Below are positions 1 through 10,950 of a stretch of 64,000 nucleotides of DNA, piece by piece. This DNA comes from Nisaea sp. (GTDB lineage Bacteria; Pseudomonadota; Alphaproteobacteria; Thalassobaculales; Thalassobaculaceae). The DNA is taken from positions 52,926-116,925 of the forward strand of contig NZ_JAVJNX010000001.1 in NCBI RefSeq assembly GCF_040217065.1, written 5' to 3'. Position 1 is the first letter of the stretch, and each line of letters opens with the position of its first letter. A program made the translations under genes and the position numbers. Below the pieces are notes generated by a model. It had not been told where the DNA came from. It saw nothing but the letters and a program-made list of their open reading frames with translations, and did no database searches.

Positions 1-1
1 G

Positions 2-820
2 TCCGGAACGGATTCCGTGCTCATCGTCATGGACCAGGCGGATACGGACTATTTCTTCACAACCGCGATCCACGAGGCCGGACATGGCCTGGGCATCAAT
101 CACATCGATCACACACCCTCGATCATGTCGACATTCCTCGACACGTCACTGACGACCATTACCAGCTACGATATCGAAGTCATCCAGTCGCTCTACGGGG
201 CATCGGGCGCGAGCAGTACGGCGACGGTCGGCACCGCCGATGCAGACAGCCTGTTCGGCAGCTCGGCAGCGGATATCATCAGCGGTGCTGACGGCAGCGA
301 CACCATCTCCGGCGGCGCGGGCAACGATCTCATCTATGGCAACAAGCAAACCGACTTCATCGTCGGCGGCAGTGGCAACGACACGATTTTCGGCGGCCAG
401 AACAACGGCCCCGAAAGCGGCTCACCGCTCGCCCTGCGCGAAGGTTCCGACACGGTTTACGGCGGCGACGGCAACGACATTCTGTACGGCAATCACGGCG
501 CCGATATCATTGCCGGGGATGCCGGCGCGGACACCATTTTCGGCGGCCAGGACGGCGACACGATCCATGGTGGCGCCGGCTACGACAACCTCTACGGCAA
601 TCTCGGCGCCGACAGGTTTCTCTACACGACGAGCAACGAAGGCTGGGACTACATCTATGGCTACGCGTCGGAAGACGCCATCCAGCTCTCGGGCGGCGTC
701 ACCGCGACGAGCGTTTCCGTGGACAGCTTCGGCGACACCGTGATCAATCTCAGCAGCGGAACCCGGATCGACCTGATCGGATATTCAGACTCGAGCAGTG
801 TAACTTTCGAGGTCGTGTAA
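2..820 (+). CDS. Metzincin (matrixin/serralysin-like) Zn metalloprotease with RTX Ca-binding repeats, 5'-truncated by window edge
   Basis: HEAGHGLGINH (HExxHxxGxxH) followed by Met-turn SIMS; GGxGxD repeats; the frame is open back to the window edge, so the true start probably lies upstream. Confidence 0.85.
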   Translation, partial: SGTDSVLIVMDQADTDYFFTTAIHEAGHGLGINHIDHTPSIMSTFLDTSLTTITSYDIEVIQSLYGASGASSTATVGTADADSLFGSSAADIISGADGSDTISGGAGNDLIYGNKQTDFIVGGSGNDTIFGGQNNGPESGSPLALREGSDTVYGGDGNDILYGNHGADIIAGDAGADTIFGGQDGDTIHGGAGYDNLYGNLGADRFLYTTSNEGWDYIYGYASEDAIQLSGGVTATSVSVDSFGDTVINLSSGTRIDLIGYSDSSSVTFEVV

Positions 821-918
821 GCTCCTGCCAGCCCGTATTCGTGCATTTTTTCTTTGCGGGCCGCCCTCGCGCGCGTTAGGAGATGCCGCGCGCGCAATTC
901 CGAAAAGATTGATCACTC

Positions 919-2694
919 ATGCACCGTTATCGCAGCCATACCTGTCACGATCTCCGCATCGATCATGTCGGTGAAACGGTCCGCCTCTCCGGCTGGATCC
1001 ATCGCCGCCGCGATCATGGTCAGCTGGTCTTCATCGATTTGCGCGACCATTACGGCCTGACCCAGTGCGTCGTCGATATCGAGGACGAGACCTTCAAGAC
1101 AGTCGAGAAGCTGCGGGTCGAGAGCGTGGTGACGATCACCGGCCGCGTGGTCAAGCGCACCGACGAGACGATCAACGACAGGCTGCCGACCGGCCATATC
1201 GAACTCCGGATCGACGAGATCGAGGTCCAGTCCACCGCCGACGTGCTGCCGCTGCAGGTCAACGCGGACGAGGATGCCGGCGAAGACACCCGCCTGCGCT
1301 ACCGTTTCCTGGACCTGCGCCGCGAGCGCATCCACAACAACATCATGCTGCGCAGCAAGGTGATCTCCTCGATCCGCAGGCGCATGACCGACCAGAATTT
1401 CATGGAGTTCCAGACTCCGATCCTGACAGCCTCCTCACCAGAGGGCGCGCGCGACTTCCTGGTGCCGTCGCGCCAGCATCCGGGCAAGTTCTACGCCCTG
1501 CCGCAGGCGCCGCAGCAATTCAAGCAGCTGATCATGGTTTCCGGCTTCGACCGGTATTTCCAGATCGCGCCCTGCTTCCGCGACGAGGACAGCCGGGCCG
1601 ACCGCTCGCCGGGCGAGTTCTATCAGCTCGATGTCGAGATGAGTTTCGTCGAGCAGGAGGACGTCTTCCAGGCGATCGAGCCGGTCATGGCGGGCGTGTT
1701 CGAGGAATTCTCCGACTGGAAGGTGCCGGGTCCGTTCCCGCGCATCCCCTACAAGGAGTCGATGCTCAAATACGGTAACGACAAGCCGGACCTGCGCATT
1801 CCGTTCGAGATCTCCGACGTGACCGAGATCTTCCGGGACAGCGATTTCGCCGTCTTCGCCAAGGTGATCGCCGGTGGCGGCGTGGTCCGCGCCGTGCCGG
1901 GTCCGAAATGCGGCAGCCGGGCGATCTGCGACCGGATGAATTCCTGGGCCCAGGGCGAAGGCGCGCCGGGCATGGGCTACATCATCTTCGGTGATGGCGA
2001 GGCCCGCGGCCCGATCGCGAACCGCCTGACGCCGGAAAAGATCGCAGAACTGAAAGCACAGACCGGCATGGGCGACGGCGATGCCATCTTCTTCTCCGCC
2101 GGCAAGGAAAGCGATGCCGCCAAGCTGGCCGGTACCGCCCGGGTGAAACTCGGCAACGATCTCGACATCGTCGAGAAGAACACCTTCCGGCTCTGCTGGA
2201 TCGTCGATTACCCGATGTTCGAGCTGGACGAGGCGACCGGCAAGATGGACTTCTCGCACAACCCGTTCTCCATGCCGCAGGGCGGGCTTGAGGCGCTGGA
2301 AACCCAGGAGCCGCTGGACATCCTCGCCTACCAGTACGACATCGTCTGCAACGGTATCGAGCTCAGCTCCGGTGCCATCCGGAACCATCTGCCGGACGTC
2401 ATGTACAAGGCCTTCAATATCGCCGGCTACGAGCCGGAGGTTCTGGAGGACAAGTTCCGCGGCATGCTGAACGCGTTCAAGTACGGCGCCCCGCCGCATG
2501 GAGGCATCGCACCGGGCATCGACCGCATCGTGATGATGCTGGCGAACGAGCCGAACATTCGCGAGGTCATCCTGTTCCCGCTGAACCAGCGGGCGGAGGA
2601 TCTGATGATGGGCGCCCCGAGCGAAGCCGCGCCGGAGCATCTGAAGGAACTCAGCGTCCGCCTCGCCCTTCCGCCGAAACCGGCCGCCGGGTAA
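919..2694 (+). CDS. aspS: Aspartate--tRNA ligase (likely non-discriminating Asp/Asn type)
   Basis: MHRYRSHTC start, RRRDHG...FIDLRD anticodon domain, motif 2 [11 protein letters not shown], motif 3 [12 protein letters not shown]. Confidence 0.98.
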   Translation: MHRYRSHTCHDLRIDHVGETVRLSGWIHRRRDHGQLVFIDLRDHYGLTQCVVDIEDETFKTVEKLRVESVVTITGRVVKRTDETINDRLPTGHIELRIDEIEVQSTADVLPLQVNADEDAGEDTRLRYRFLDLRRERIHNNIMLRSKVISSIRRRMTDQNFMEFQTPILTASSPEGARDFLVPSRQHPGKFYALPQAPQQFKQLIMVSGFDRYFQIAPCFRDEDSRADRSPGEFYQLDVEMSFVEQEDVFQAIEPVMAGVFEEFSDWKVPGPFPRIPYKESMLKYGNDKPDLRIPFEISDVTEIFRDSDFAVFAKVIAGGGVVRAVPGPKCGSRAICDRMNSWAQGEGAPGMGYIIFGDGEARGPIANRLTPEKIAELKAQTGMGDGDAIFFSAGKESDAAKLAGTARVKLGNDLDIVEKNTFRLCWIVDYPMFELDEATGKMDFSHNPFSMPQGGLEALETQEPLDILAYQYDIVCNGIELSSGAIRNHLPDVMYKAFNIAGYEPEVLEDKFRGMLNAFKYGAPPHGGIAPGIDRIVMMLANEPNIREVILFPLNQRAEDLMMGAPSEAAPEHLKELSVRLALPPKPAAG

Positions 2695-2698
2695 GCAC

Positions 2699-5368
2699 AT
2701 GCTTGGCGCCGCCGAAGCGTTCCAACGGGCGCAGGCGGCGCTTGCAGACGGGAATCTGGCAGATGCCGCGCAGCTGTTTCGCCTGGTCTCCGAAAAGGCC
2801 GAAACCGACACGGCATCGCTGATCCATCTCGGTCAGATAGAGGCGCGCCTCGGTCATCCCGGGAGCGCAGAATCCGCCTGGCGGAAGGCCCTGCTGCGCC
2901 AGCCTGCGAACGCCTCCGCCCTGGCCTTTCTCGCAGACCATCTGGCCGCCGGGGCGCCGGACCTCTCCGTTGCGCCATATTATGAACGCCTGCGCATCCT
3001 GCTGCCCAGGCATCCCGGGCCGGCGCAACTCCTGGCACAGATCTACAGCGCCGCAAAGCAGACCGGCCGCAGCCTGCGCCGCCATGCCGAGGCCACGCGG
3101 CTCGATGCCGGCAATCCCGCCGCCCATGCCCGTCACGCGACAGCGCTGCATGGCGCCAACCGGCTCACGGAAGCTCTCCGGGCTTTCCGGCGCGAGACCA
3201 TCCTCGCACCGGCCGCCCAGGAAGCCTGGTTCAACCTCTCGGTCATCGAGCCCGCGCTCGGGGACAGGGAACAGGGCCTTTCAGCCATCGCCCGGAGCCT
3301 GACAATCCGCCCGCTCGATGCCCCGGCGCAGGCCCGGCAGGCGCAGCTAAGGCGCCGGCTCGGAAAACCGGGAGCGGACACAAGCACACGCAGATCCATC
3401 CTTCTCGAACCGGCCACGGTTAGGGCCCTGGTCACGCCGGCCCGGACCGGCGACGGTTCCGCCGCCGCACGCTGGTGGTGCATCAGCCCGCATGATCTGG
3501 AACCCGGCATGCTGCATATGCGGGCATTGCTTACGGCAGGCCGTGCGGACCAGGCCCTTGCGGTCCTCGCGGAAATCAGACAAGGCGACACCCCGCCGGA
3601 CGAGCTTCTGCTGCTTGCCGCCGCGGCACAGAGACAGGCCGGAAGAGCGGATCTGGTTCTGCCGAAAACCCACTATCAGCACTGGCTGGAAACCCGGCAG
3701 GCACCAGAGCAGGCACGCTCCACCGGCACCTTCTCCATACTGCTGCCGGTCTACAATCCCGATCCCGGCCATCTCCGCGAGGCCATCCGGTCCGTCCAGG
3801 ACCAGACCTGCGGAAACTGGGAACTCTGCATCGCCGACGATGCCTCCACCGACCCGGAAATCCCGAAAATCCTGCGCAACGCTACCGCAGCGGACCCGCG
3901 CATCAAACTGGTGATCCGGCCCGAGAACGGCCATATCTCGGCCGCCTCCAATTCCGCGCTGGACCTGGCGACAGGGACCTATATCGGGCTATTGGATCAC
4001 GACGACCGGCTGGCGCCGGAAGCCCTCGCGGTGATGGCACGGGCGCTGGACGCTCATCCGGATCTGGATCTGCTCTATTCCGATGAGGACAAGATCGACG
4101 CGGACGGCAACCGGTTCGCGCCGCATTTCAAACCGGCCTGGGATCCGGATCTGTCTCTGGTTTCCAACTATATCTGCCATTTCACGGTGATCCGCCGGGC
4201 GCTGGTCGTGGATGCCGGCGGTTTTCGCGTCGGTTTCGAGGGTAGCCAGGACCACGATCTGGTGCAGCGGGTTGCCGAGAAGAGCGCGCCGGAGCGGATC
4301 GGCCATGTCCCGCACATCCTCTATCACTGGCGGGCTGCCGGCGATTCCACCGCCGCGTCGGTCGAGACCAAACCCTACGCCATCGCCGCCACCGGCCGGG
4401 TCATTCGCGACACGCTCGCGCGCCGCGGAACGCCTGCCCGTGCCGAACAGCACCGGGGCCGCTGGCGCCTGCGGCGGCCCATGCCCGACGCCTGTTCCGT
4501 CTCCGTCATCATCCCGACACGGAACCGGCTGAGCCTGCTGAGAACCTGCATCGACGGGTTGCTGAGCCAGACCGACTACCCGGGACTCGATATCCGGATC
4601 GTCGACAATGGCAGCGACGATGCCGCCACGCTGCGCTATCTCGACCAGCTCTCCCGGCGCCCAAATATCTCGGTCCTCGGGGACAGCGGCACCTTCAATT
4701 TCTCCCGGCTCTGCAATCTCGGAGCGCGGGACGCGAGCGGCGACTATCTCTGCTTCCTGAACAATGATGTCGAGCCGGCGAATCCGGACTGGCTGGCGGA
4801 ACTGGTCGCGGAAGCAGCACGCCCGGAGATCGGGCTTGTAGGCGCCAAACTGCTCTATCCGGACCGGACCGTCCAGCATGCCGGCATTGCACTCTCCGGC
4901 GCCCATGTCGCCCGGCATACCAACCTCGGGATCACCGAGAATGACGGCGGCTACTGGGGGCGGGCGATGCAGGCCCAGTTCCTGTCCGCCGTGACCGGTG
5001 CCTGCATGGTCACGCGGCGGGAAATTTTCGAAAAGGTCAGCGGCTTCGATGAAGCGCTCGCGGTCGATTTCGGCGATATTGATCTTTGCCTGCGGGTGCA
5101 GAAAGCGGGGTACCGGGTGCTCTGGACGCCACACGCCCTGCTGATCCATCACGAGTCCGCCTCGCGCGGCACCGTGGTCACGCCGGAAAAGTCGGCCCGG
5201 TATGATACCGAACGTGCCTTCATGGTGAATCGCTGGGGCGCCGTTCTGGACGACGACCCGGCCTACAACCCGAACCTCTGCATCACGCCGGAGCGACCGG
5301 CCTTTGCCCTGCCGGAGGAGCCGCGCCCGGTGATCAGCCCGGTCCGGTTCGGTGTCCGGCCGCTCTAG
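2699..5368 (+). CDS. TPR-repeat protein fused to two GT2 glycosyltransferase domains
   Basis: N-terminal Ala/Leu-rich TPR-like helices; GT2 domain 1 SILLPVYNP...ADDAS...LLDHDD; GT2 domain 2 SVIIPTRN...VDNGS...FLNND...LSAVTGACM. Confidence 0.9.
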   Translation: MLGAAEAFQRAQAALADGNLADAAQLFRLVSEKAETDTASLIHLGQIEARLGHPGSAESAWRKALLRQPANASALAFLADHLAAGAPDLSVAPYYERLRILLPRHPGPAQLLAQIYSAAKQTGRSLRRHAEATRLDAGNPAAHARHATALHGANRLTEALRAFRRETILAPAAQEAWFNLSVIEPALGDREQGLSAIARSLTIRPLDAPAQARQAQLRRRLGKPGADTSTRRSILLEPATVRALVTPARTGDGSAAARWWCISPHDLEPGMLHMRALLTAGRADQALAVLAEIRQGDTPPDELLLLAAAAQRQAGRADLVLPKTHYQHWLETRQAPEQARSTGTFSILLPVYNPDPGHLREAIRSVQDQTCGNWELCIADDASTDPEIPKILRNATAADPRIKLVIRPENGHISAASNSALDLATGTYIGLLDHDDRLAPEALAVMARALDAHPDLDLLYSDEDKIDADGNRFAPHFKPAWDPDLSLVSNYICHFTVIRRALVVDAGGFRVGFEGSQDHDLVQRVAEKSAPERIGHVPHILYHWRAAGDSTAASVETKPYAIAATGRVIRDTLARRGTPARAEQHRGRWRLRRPMPDACSVSVIIPTRNRLSLLRTCIDGLLSQTDYPGLDIRIVDNGSDDAATLRYLDQLSRRPNISVLGDSGTFNFSRLCNLGARDASGDYLCFLNNDVEPANPDWLAELVAEAARPEIGLVGAKLLYPDRTVQHAGIALSGAHVARHTNLGITENDGGYWGRAMQAQFLSAVTGACMVTRREIFEKVSGFDEALAVDFGDIDLCLRVQKAGYRVLWTPHALLIHHESASRGTVVTPEKSARYDTERAFMVNRWGAVLDDDPAYNPNLCITPERPAFALPEEPRPVISPVRFGVRPL

Positions 5369-6486
5369 TCGATCCTGAGATCGACCGTCTGAACGGTGTG
5401 GTTCTTGCCGGGTCCGGACGGCCGCTCGACCTGGACGACGCCGCGATAGGCCCCTTTGGGCCACGCAGAGCGCGCCTTCTTGCCGATATATTTGAAGGTC
5501 CGGAGTTTCGATTGTTCCTGGACCCAGGTCGTTTCCGCCAGAACCGCACCGTCCGGCGCGGTGAACCGCATCGACACCCGGTCACCGGACCGCAATCCAT
5601 AGAGATCCGTCCAGAGCACGAGCAGCGGTGCGTCGGCGGCGATCTGCGGGTCGGTGAATTTGCCTTCGGCCACACCAAGCGGATCCGGCGTGCTGGCAGC
5701 GATACCGCTTGCCTGTATCAGGGGCGCCGAATAGCGAAATTTACGCAGCACCGCCTTTTCCCAGAGCGGTGCCGCGCCGAGACCGCAGGATGCATCATCG
5801 CGGCCGAGACCGACAAAGGGATCGACGATCTTGCCGTCTTTCTCGAACTGGATATGAAGATGCAGGAATTCGGTTGAGCCGGACAGTCCGACAAGGCCGA
5901 GCCGGTCACCGTTGACGACGGTATCGCCCGCCTTCACCGCCACGCTGCCGCGCTTCAAATGGCAATACTGGCTGGTCCAGCCGCCGCCGTGATCGATCCG
6001 CACGCCGTTGCCGCAATCCCGGCCCTTCAGGGATTCCCGCCCGGCGATCCGGATATTCACATCCGGCATCTCGTCCCGCACACCGACGACCTTGCCGGTC
6101 GCCGCCGCGAGCACGGGCACCTCGTCCCAGTTCAGACGGCGCGGGTCGGAGATGGCGAAATCGACCCCCTTGTGCCCGTCGACGGTCATGGCGCCGCACT
6201 GGTAGTCGCGGCGGCCCTTGCCGGGATCGAGATCGACATATTTCAGCGGCCAGCAATCCACACCGGGATCGCAGGCCAGCGGCATGGAGAGCGGCAATGG
6301 AGACGGCTCGAGGGAACTCAGGTCCAGCGGCGCCTGTTCGGATGCATGCGCGACCACGGTCTCGGAAGCCATGGCTTCGGTTGGGCGCCGGGCATCTCCC
6401 GGAGCCAGAAGGGCCGTCATGAACCAGACGAAAGTGCCGCCAACGATGATGACGACGGCGACGTAAATTGCAATCAGTCGTCCCAA
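5365..6486 (-). CDS. M23 family metallopeptidase with N-terminal membrane anchor
   Basis: HKGVDF (HxxxD), SQYCHL, HLH motifs; hydrophobic N-terminus; TTG start. Confidence 0.88.
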   Translation of the reverse strand: MGRLIAIYVAVVIIVGGTFVWFMTALLAPGDARRPTEAMASETVVAHASEQAPLDLSSLEPSPLPLSMPLACDPGVDCWPLKYVDLDPGKGRRDYQCGAMTVDGHKGVDFAISDPRRLNWDEVPVLAAATGKVVGVRDEMPDVNIRIAGRESLKGRDCGNGVRIDHGGGWTSQYCHLKRGSVAVKAGDTVVNGDRLGLVGLSGSTEFLHLHIQFEKDGKIVDPFVGLGRDDASCGLGAAPLWEKAVLRKFRYSAPLIQASGIAASTPDPLGVAEGKFTDPQIAADAPLLVLWTDLYGLRSGDRVSMRFTAPDGAVLAETTWVQEQSKLRTFKYIGKKARSAWPKGAYRGVVQVERPSGPGKNHTVQTVDLRID

Positions 6487-6510
6487 ACCCAGCTCCGTTT
6501 TCCGGTGTGC

Positions 6511-7377
6511 CTAGCCCTTCACCAACGACCGCATATAGATCCCGTAGCCACTTTTCGCCAGCGGCTCCGCCAGCTTCAGCAGCTGCTCGTCGTCGATATA
6601 GCCCATATGGTGGGCGATTTCCTCGACGCATGCAATTTTCAAACCCTGGCGTTCTTCCACCGTGCGAACGAATTCGGAGGCCTGCAGCAGCGAGTCGTGG
6701 GTGCCGGTATCGAGCCAGGCATAACCGCGGCCCATCCGTTCCACATGCAGGTCGCCCCGTTCCAGATAGACCTTGTTCACGTCGGTGATCTCGAGCTCGC
6801 CGCGCGGCGACGGCTTGATCGCCTTGGCGATATCGATCACGTCCCGGTCGTAGAAATACAGCCCGGTTACCGCCCAGTTGGAGTTCGGGTTTTCCGGCTT
6901 CTCGACGATCTCGTTCGCCTTGCCGGCGTCGTCGAAGGAGACAACGCCGTACCGTTCCGGGTCCCGGACGTAATAGCCGAACACCGTGGCGCCGCTCTCG
7001 CGGTCGGCGGAGCGTTGCAGCATCTCGGTCAGGCCGTGGCCGTAATAGATGTTGTCGCCAAGGATCAGGGCCGACGTGTCGTTGCCGATGAAGCTCTCGC
7101 CGATGATGAAGGCCTGCGCCAGGCCGTCCGGCGAAGGCTGCACCCGGTATTCCAGGGAGATGCCCCACTGGCTGCCGTCGCCGAGCAGGCGCCGGAAGCC
7201 TTCCTGGTCCTCAGGCGTGGTGATGATCAGGATGTCCTTGATCCCCGCCAGCATCAGCGTGCTGAGCGGGTAATAGATCATCGGCTTGTCGTACACAGGC
7301 AGGATCTGCTTGCTGACGCTGACGGTCAGCGGGTAGAGCCGTGTGCCGGACCCGCCGGCGAGGATGATCCCTTTCAT
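6511..7377 (-). CDS. rfbA: Glucose-1-phosphate thymidylyltransferase (RmlA)
   Basis: [38 protein letters not shown]. Confidence 0.98.
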   Translation of the reverse strand: MKGIILAGGSGTRLYPLTVSVSKQILPVYDKPMIYYPLSTLMLAGIKDILIITTPEDQEGFRRLLGDGSQWGISLEYRVQPSPDGLAQAFIIGESFIGNDTSALILGDNIYYGHGLTEMLQRSADRESGATVFGYYVRDPERYGVVSFDDAGKANEIVEKPENPNSNWAVTGLYFYDRDVIDIAKAIKPSPRGELEITDVNKVYLERGDLHVERMGRGYAWLDTGTHDSLLQASEFVRTVEERQGLKIACVEEIAHHMGYIDDEQLLKLAEPLAKSGYGIYMRSLVKG

Positions 7378-7396
7378 CCCTCTCCCTTTCTATCGT

Positions 7397-8278
7397 TTAT
7401 TCAGCCTCGGCCAGCAGAACCTCGAGCACTTCGTCGAGGCCATCCTGCCAGGGCCGGCGCGGCACAGTGAAGGCCGCGAGGATCTTACCCGCATCGAGCA
7501 CGGAATTGGTTGGCCGTTTCGCCGGTGTCGGATAGTCGCTCGACGGAATGGCCTCGATCTCGGGGCGGCGGCCCCAGACCGGCTCGGCCCGGGCGAAGAC
7601 CGCCTCGGCAAAACCATGCCAGCTGGTCTGACCTTCGGCCGTGTAATGATAGGTGTCCCAGGAGCTCCGGTTACCGTCGGCAATCCGGGTCGCAATGGTC
7701 AGGATGGCATCCGCAATGTCTGCTGCAGATGTCGGCGCGCCGAACTGGTCGGCGACAACGCGAAGCTGGTCACGGTCCTTGCCGACCCGCAGCATGGTCT
7801 TCACGAAATTGGCGCCATGCGCCGCGTAAACCCAGGAGGTGCGCATGATGACATACTCATCCAGCGCGGCGCGCACCGCCTGCTCGCCCGCTTCCTTGGA
7901 GGCGCCATAGACACCGAGCGGCGCCACCGGATCGCTTTCCAGATAGGCGCCGTCCTTGCTGCCGTCGAAGACATAGTCGGTCGAGATATGGATCAGCGGA
8001 ATGCCAGCACCTTTCGCGGCGGCGGCGAGATTGGCCGGACCGTCGCGGTTGATGGCATAGGCCGCGTCCCGGTCCTCTTCCGCCTTGTCCACCGCCGTAT
8101 AAGCCGCCGCATTGACGATCAGGGACGGTTTGATCTTGGCCACGGCCGCTTGAACGGCGGCCGCATCGGAAATATCCAGATCCGCCCGGACCAGACCTGT
8201 CACGTCGTGGCCGTGCTGTGCCGCACGCGCCAGCAGTTCCGTGCCGACCTGCCCGCCGGCGCCGGTGACGAGGATCAT
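7397..8278 (-). CDS. rfbD: dTDP-4-dehydrorhamnose reductase (RmlD)
   Basis: ILVTGAGGQVG, NAAAYTAVDKAE, HISTDYVFDG, YGASK; ATG at 8278 (alternative GTG at 8284 coupled to rfbB stop). Confidence 0.96.
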   Translation of the reverse strand: MILVTGAGGQVGTELLARAAQHGHDVTGLVRADLDISDAAAVQAAVAKIKPSLIVNAAAYTAVDKAEEDRDAAYAINRDGPANLAAAAKGAGIPLIHISTDYVFDGSKDGAYLESDPVAPLGVYGASKEAGEQAVRAALDEYVIMRTSWVYAAHGANFVKTMLRVGKDRDQLRVVADQFGAPTSAADIADAILTIATRIADGNRSSWDTYHYTAEGQTSWHGFAEAVFARAEPVWGRRPEIEAIPSSDYPTPAKRPTNSVLDAGKILAAFTVPRRPWQDGLDEVLEVLLAEAE

Positions 8279-8283
8279 CGCCA

Positions 8284-9357
8284 CTACTCCTTGGAGCCGG
8301 TGCCGAGACGCTCGCCGGCATATTTTCCGTCGAGGATCGGCTGCCACCAGTCCTTGCGGTCGAGATACCATTCCACGGTCTTGCGCATCCCGCTCTCGAA
8401 GCTTTCGGACGGCTCCCAGCCAAGCTCCGCCTTGATCTTAGAGGCGTCGATGGCATAGCGGAAATCATGGCCCGGACGGTCAGTCACATGGGTGATCTGT
8501 TCCGCATATTTCTTGCCACCCTGCTGCGGCACCAGCTCGTCCAGCAAATCACAGATGCCGGTCACCACGTCGATGTTCCGGCGCTCCTCGTTGCCGCCGA
8601 TATTGTAACTCTCGCCCGGCACGCCCTTCGAGCAGACGGTCCAGAGGGCGCGGGCGTGATCGTCAACGAACAGCCAGTCGCGCACATTCTCGCCCTTGCC
8701 GTAGACCGGCAGCGGCTCTCCCGCGAGCCCTTTGATGATCATCAGCGGGATCAGCTTTTCCGGGAAGTGATACGGGCCGTAATTGTTCGAGCAGTTGGAG
8801 AGCACCGTCGGCAGACCGTAGGTCTCCATCCAGGCCCGGACCAGATGATCGGACGAGGCCTTGCTCGCTGAATAAGGCGAGCGCGGATCGTAGGCGGTTT
8901 CCTCGGTGAACAGCCCCTCGTCGCCGAGCGAGCCGAACACCTCGTCCGTGGAGATATGATGGAAGCGGAAACGCTTCTTCACGTCGTCGGATGCAGCAGT
9001 CCAGTAGTTCCGGGCCGCCTCCAGCATGGTGTAGGTGCCGACAATGTTGGTCTCGATGAAGGCCGCCGGGCCGTCGATGGACCGATCGACATGGCTTTCC
9101 GCCGCCAGATGCATCACCGCATCCGGTTCGTGTTTGGCAAAAATCCGCGCCAGCGCCGGAGCGTCGCAGATATCCGCCTGCTCGAAGTGATACCGATCGG
9201 AACCACTCACCTCATTGAGCGAGGCAAGGTTCGCCGCGTAGGTCAGCTTGTCGAGATTGATCACCGTGACGTCCGTGTCGGCGATCAGGTGACGGATGAC
9301 GGCGGAGCCGATGAAGCCGGCGCCCCCGGTTACGATGACGGTCTTGATGTCGCTCAC
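8284..9357 (-). CDS. rfbB: dTDP-glucose 4,6-dehydratase (RmlB)
   Basis: [35 protein letters not shown]; GTG start at 9357 with GAGGA RBS. Confidence 0.98.
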   Translation of the reverse strand: MSDIKTVIVTGGAGFIGSAVIRHLIADTDVTVINLDKLTYAANLASLNEVSGSDRYHFEQADICDAPALARIFAKHEPDAVMHLAAESHVDRSIDGPAAFIETNIVGTYTMLEAARNYWTAASDDVKKRFRFHHISTDEVFGSLGDEGLFTEETAYDPRSPYSASKASSDHLVRAWMETYGLPTVLSNCSNNYGPYHFPEKLIPLMIIKGLAGEPLPVYGKGENVRDWLFVDDHARALWTVCSKGVPGESYNIGGNEERRNIDVVTGICDLLDELVPQQGGKKYAEQITHVTDRPGHDFRYAIDASKIKAELGWEPSESFESGMRKTVEWYLDRKDWWQPILDGKYAGERLGTGSKE

Positions 9358-9370
9358 GCTCGGGGTTTCC

Positions 9371-9931
9371 TCAGTCTTCGTAGGTGAAGGGGCTGTCGAA
9401 GTCGGCAAAGGGCGTATAGGCCTCATCCTTGGCGGACAGGATCGGCGCGCCGTCGAGCGGCCAGTCGATCCCGATATCCGGATCGTTCCAGGTCAGGCCG
9501 CCCTCGCATTCCGGTGCGTATTTACCGGTCACCTTGTACAGCACCTCGGTATTTTCCTCGATGGTGCAGAACCCATGGGCAAAGCCGACCGGTACCAGGA
9601 TCTGGTTCCAGGCCTCGGCGCTGATCATGCGCGCAACCCATTTGCCGTAGGTCGGGGAGCCTTTGCGGATATCGACGGCGACATCGAAAATCGCACCGCG
9701 GATCACCCGGAGCAGCTTGTCCTGGCCATGCGGCGGGGTCTGGAAATGCAGCCCGCGCAGGGTGCCTTTCGGCGCCGAGAAGGAGTGATTGTCCTGCACG
9801 AAGGCGAGGTCGAGACCGGCAGCTTCGAATGCGCCCTGATTGTAGGTCTCGGAGAAAAACCCACGATGATCGCCGAACTTTTTCGGCGTGATGATCTTGA
9901 CGTCAGAGATCTCGGTTGGCTCGACCTGCAA
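9371..9931 (-). CDS. rfbC: dTDP-4-dehydrorhamnose 3,5-epimerase (RmlC)
   Basis: [31 protein letters not shown]; TTG start at 9931 with GGGGAG RBS. Confidence 0.96.
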   Translation of the reverse strand: MQVEPTEISDVKIITPKKFGDHRGFFSETYNQGAFEAAGLDLAFVQDNHSFSAPKGTLRGLHFQTPPHGQDKLLRVIRGAIFDVAVDIRKGSPTYGKWVARMISAEAWNQILVPVGFAHGFCTIEENTEVLYKVTGKYAPECEGGLTWNDPDIGIDWPLDGAPILSAKDEAYTPFADFDSPFTYED

Positions 9932-10074
9932 GGCCCTGTCTCCCCTTGGATTCACGCGGCCTTGAAGGGCCTGCGGGGCTATAGCATGGGGGGCGCGAGG
10001 GCGGCAAGCCGCGCGCCCCCGGAAAGCCGTGCCGGAGCTTGTGCCAATGATAGAAAAAATGGCACATCTGACTG

Positions 10075-10950
10075 ATGGAAACACAGCCTCATGCAGCGCC
10101 GGGCCCCGGCTGCGCCGTCATCATCGTCAGCTACCATACCGGCCCCTGCCTGATGGACTGCATCCGGGCGGCGCTTGGCGAGGCGACAGCGCACGAGATC
10201 GTGGTTGTCGACAATGGTAACCCGCCAGAGGTTCTGTCGGCGCTGGAGGGCATGGCAGCGTCCGAGCCGCGCCTGACCCTGCTGACCGGACACGGCAATG
10301 TCGGCTTCGGCAGAGCCTGCAATCTCGGCGCACGGGCGACGACGAGCCCCTATCTCCTGCTGCTGAACCCGGACAGCGTGCTTCAGCCCGGCAGCCTCGA
10401 CGGCGCCATGTCCCAGCTCGCCATGCGCCCAGACATCGCGCTCTACACGATCCGGATCGAGAACCCGGACGGCAGCGAGCAGCGCGGCTGCCGGCGTAAC
10501 CTGATGACCCCCTGGACCTGCCTGGTCGAGGCCTTCGGCCTGCATAGGTTCGGCTTCAAGCGGATCAACCTCAACCATACGCCACCGCCGACAAAACTGA
10601 CGGAGGTCGAGTGCATTTCCGGCTCCTTCATGCTGTTCCCCCGTCCCGGCTTCGAGCAGATCGGCGGCATGGACGAGGATTATTTCCTGCATATGGAAGA
10701 TGTCGATACCTGCTTCCGCGTCCGGAAAGCGGGCGGTTCCATCTGGTTTGATCCGGCCTTTTCCGCCACCCATGTGCAGGGCACCAGCGAGACGACAAAG
10801 CTCTATATCGAACGGCAGAAAACAAAAGGCGGAGCGCTCTATTTCGCCAAGCATTTCGGCGGCTGGGCCAACCCGCTCGTCGCCTTCGTCAATCTGGCAC
10901 TCTGGGCCCGCTTCGGCTTGATCGCCCTGCGGCTTGGCCGGAAAGGCTGA
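10075..10950 (+). CDS. GT2 glycosyltransferase (WbbL/rhamnosyltransferase-like)
   Basis: VIIVSY, VVDNG, NVGFGRACNLG, LLNPD, ISGSFML, YFLHMEDVD. Confidence 0.9.
   Translation: METQPHAAPGPGCAVIIVSYHTGPCLMDCIRAALGEATAHEIVVVDNGNPPEVLSALEGMAASEPRLTLLTGHGNVGFGRACNLGARATTSPYLLLLNPDSVLQPGSLDGAMSQLAMRPDIALYTIRIENPDGSEQRGCRRNLMTPWTCLVEAFGLHRFGFKRINLNHTPPPTKLTEVECISGSFMLFPRPGFEQIGGMDEDYFLHMEDVDTCFRVRKAGGSIWFDPAFSATHVQGTSETTKLYIERQKTKGGALYFAKHFGGWANPLVAFVNLALWARFGLIALRLGRKG

Noticed and set aside
1435-2811. 458-aa antisense ORF over aspS (likewise 3989-5464, 5959-7470, 22398-23783, 24070-25371, 36346-37689, 47361-49091, 51579-53168, 62348-63745)
   Set aside because: Shadow ORFs typical of high-GC codon bias; they overlap well-supported genes and contain no recognisable motifs.
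9960-10030. JUMPStart/ops element upstream of the rml operon
   Set aside because: Only a GC-rich hairpin is present; no GGCGGTAG ops core.
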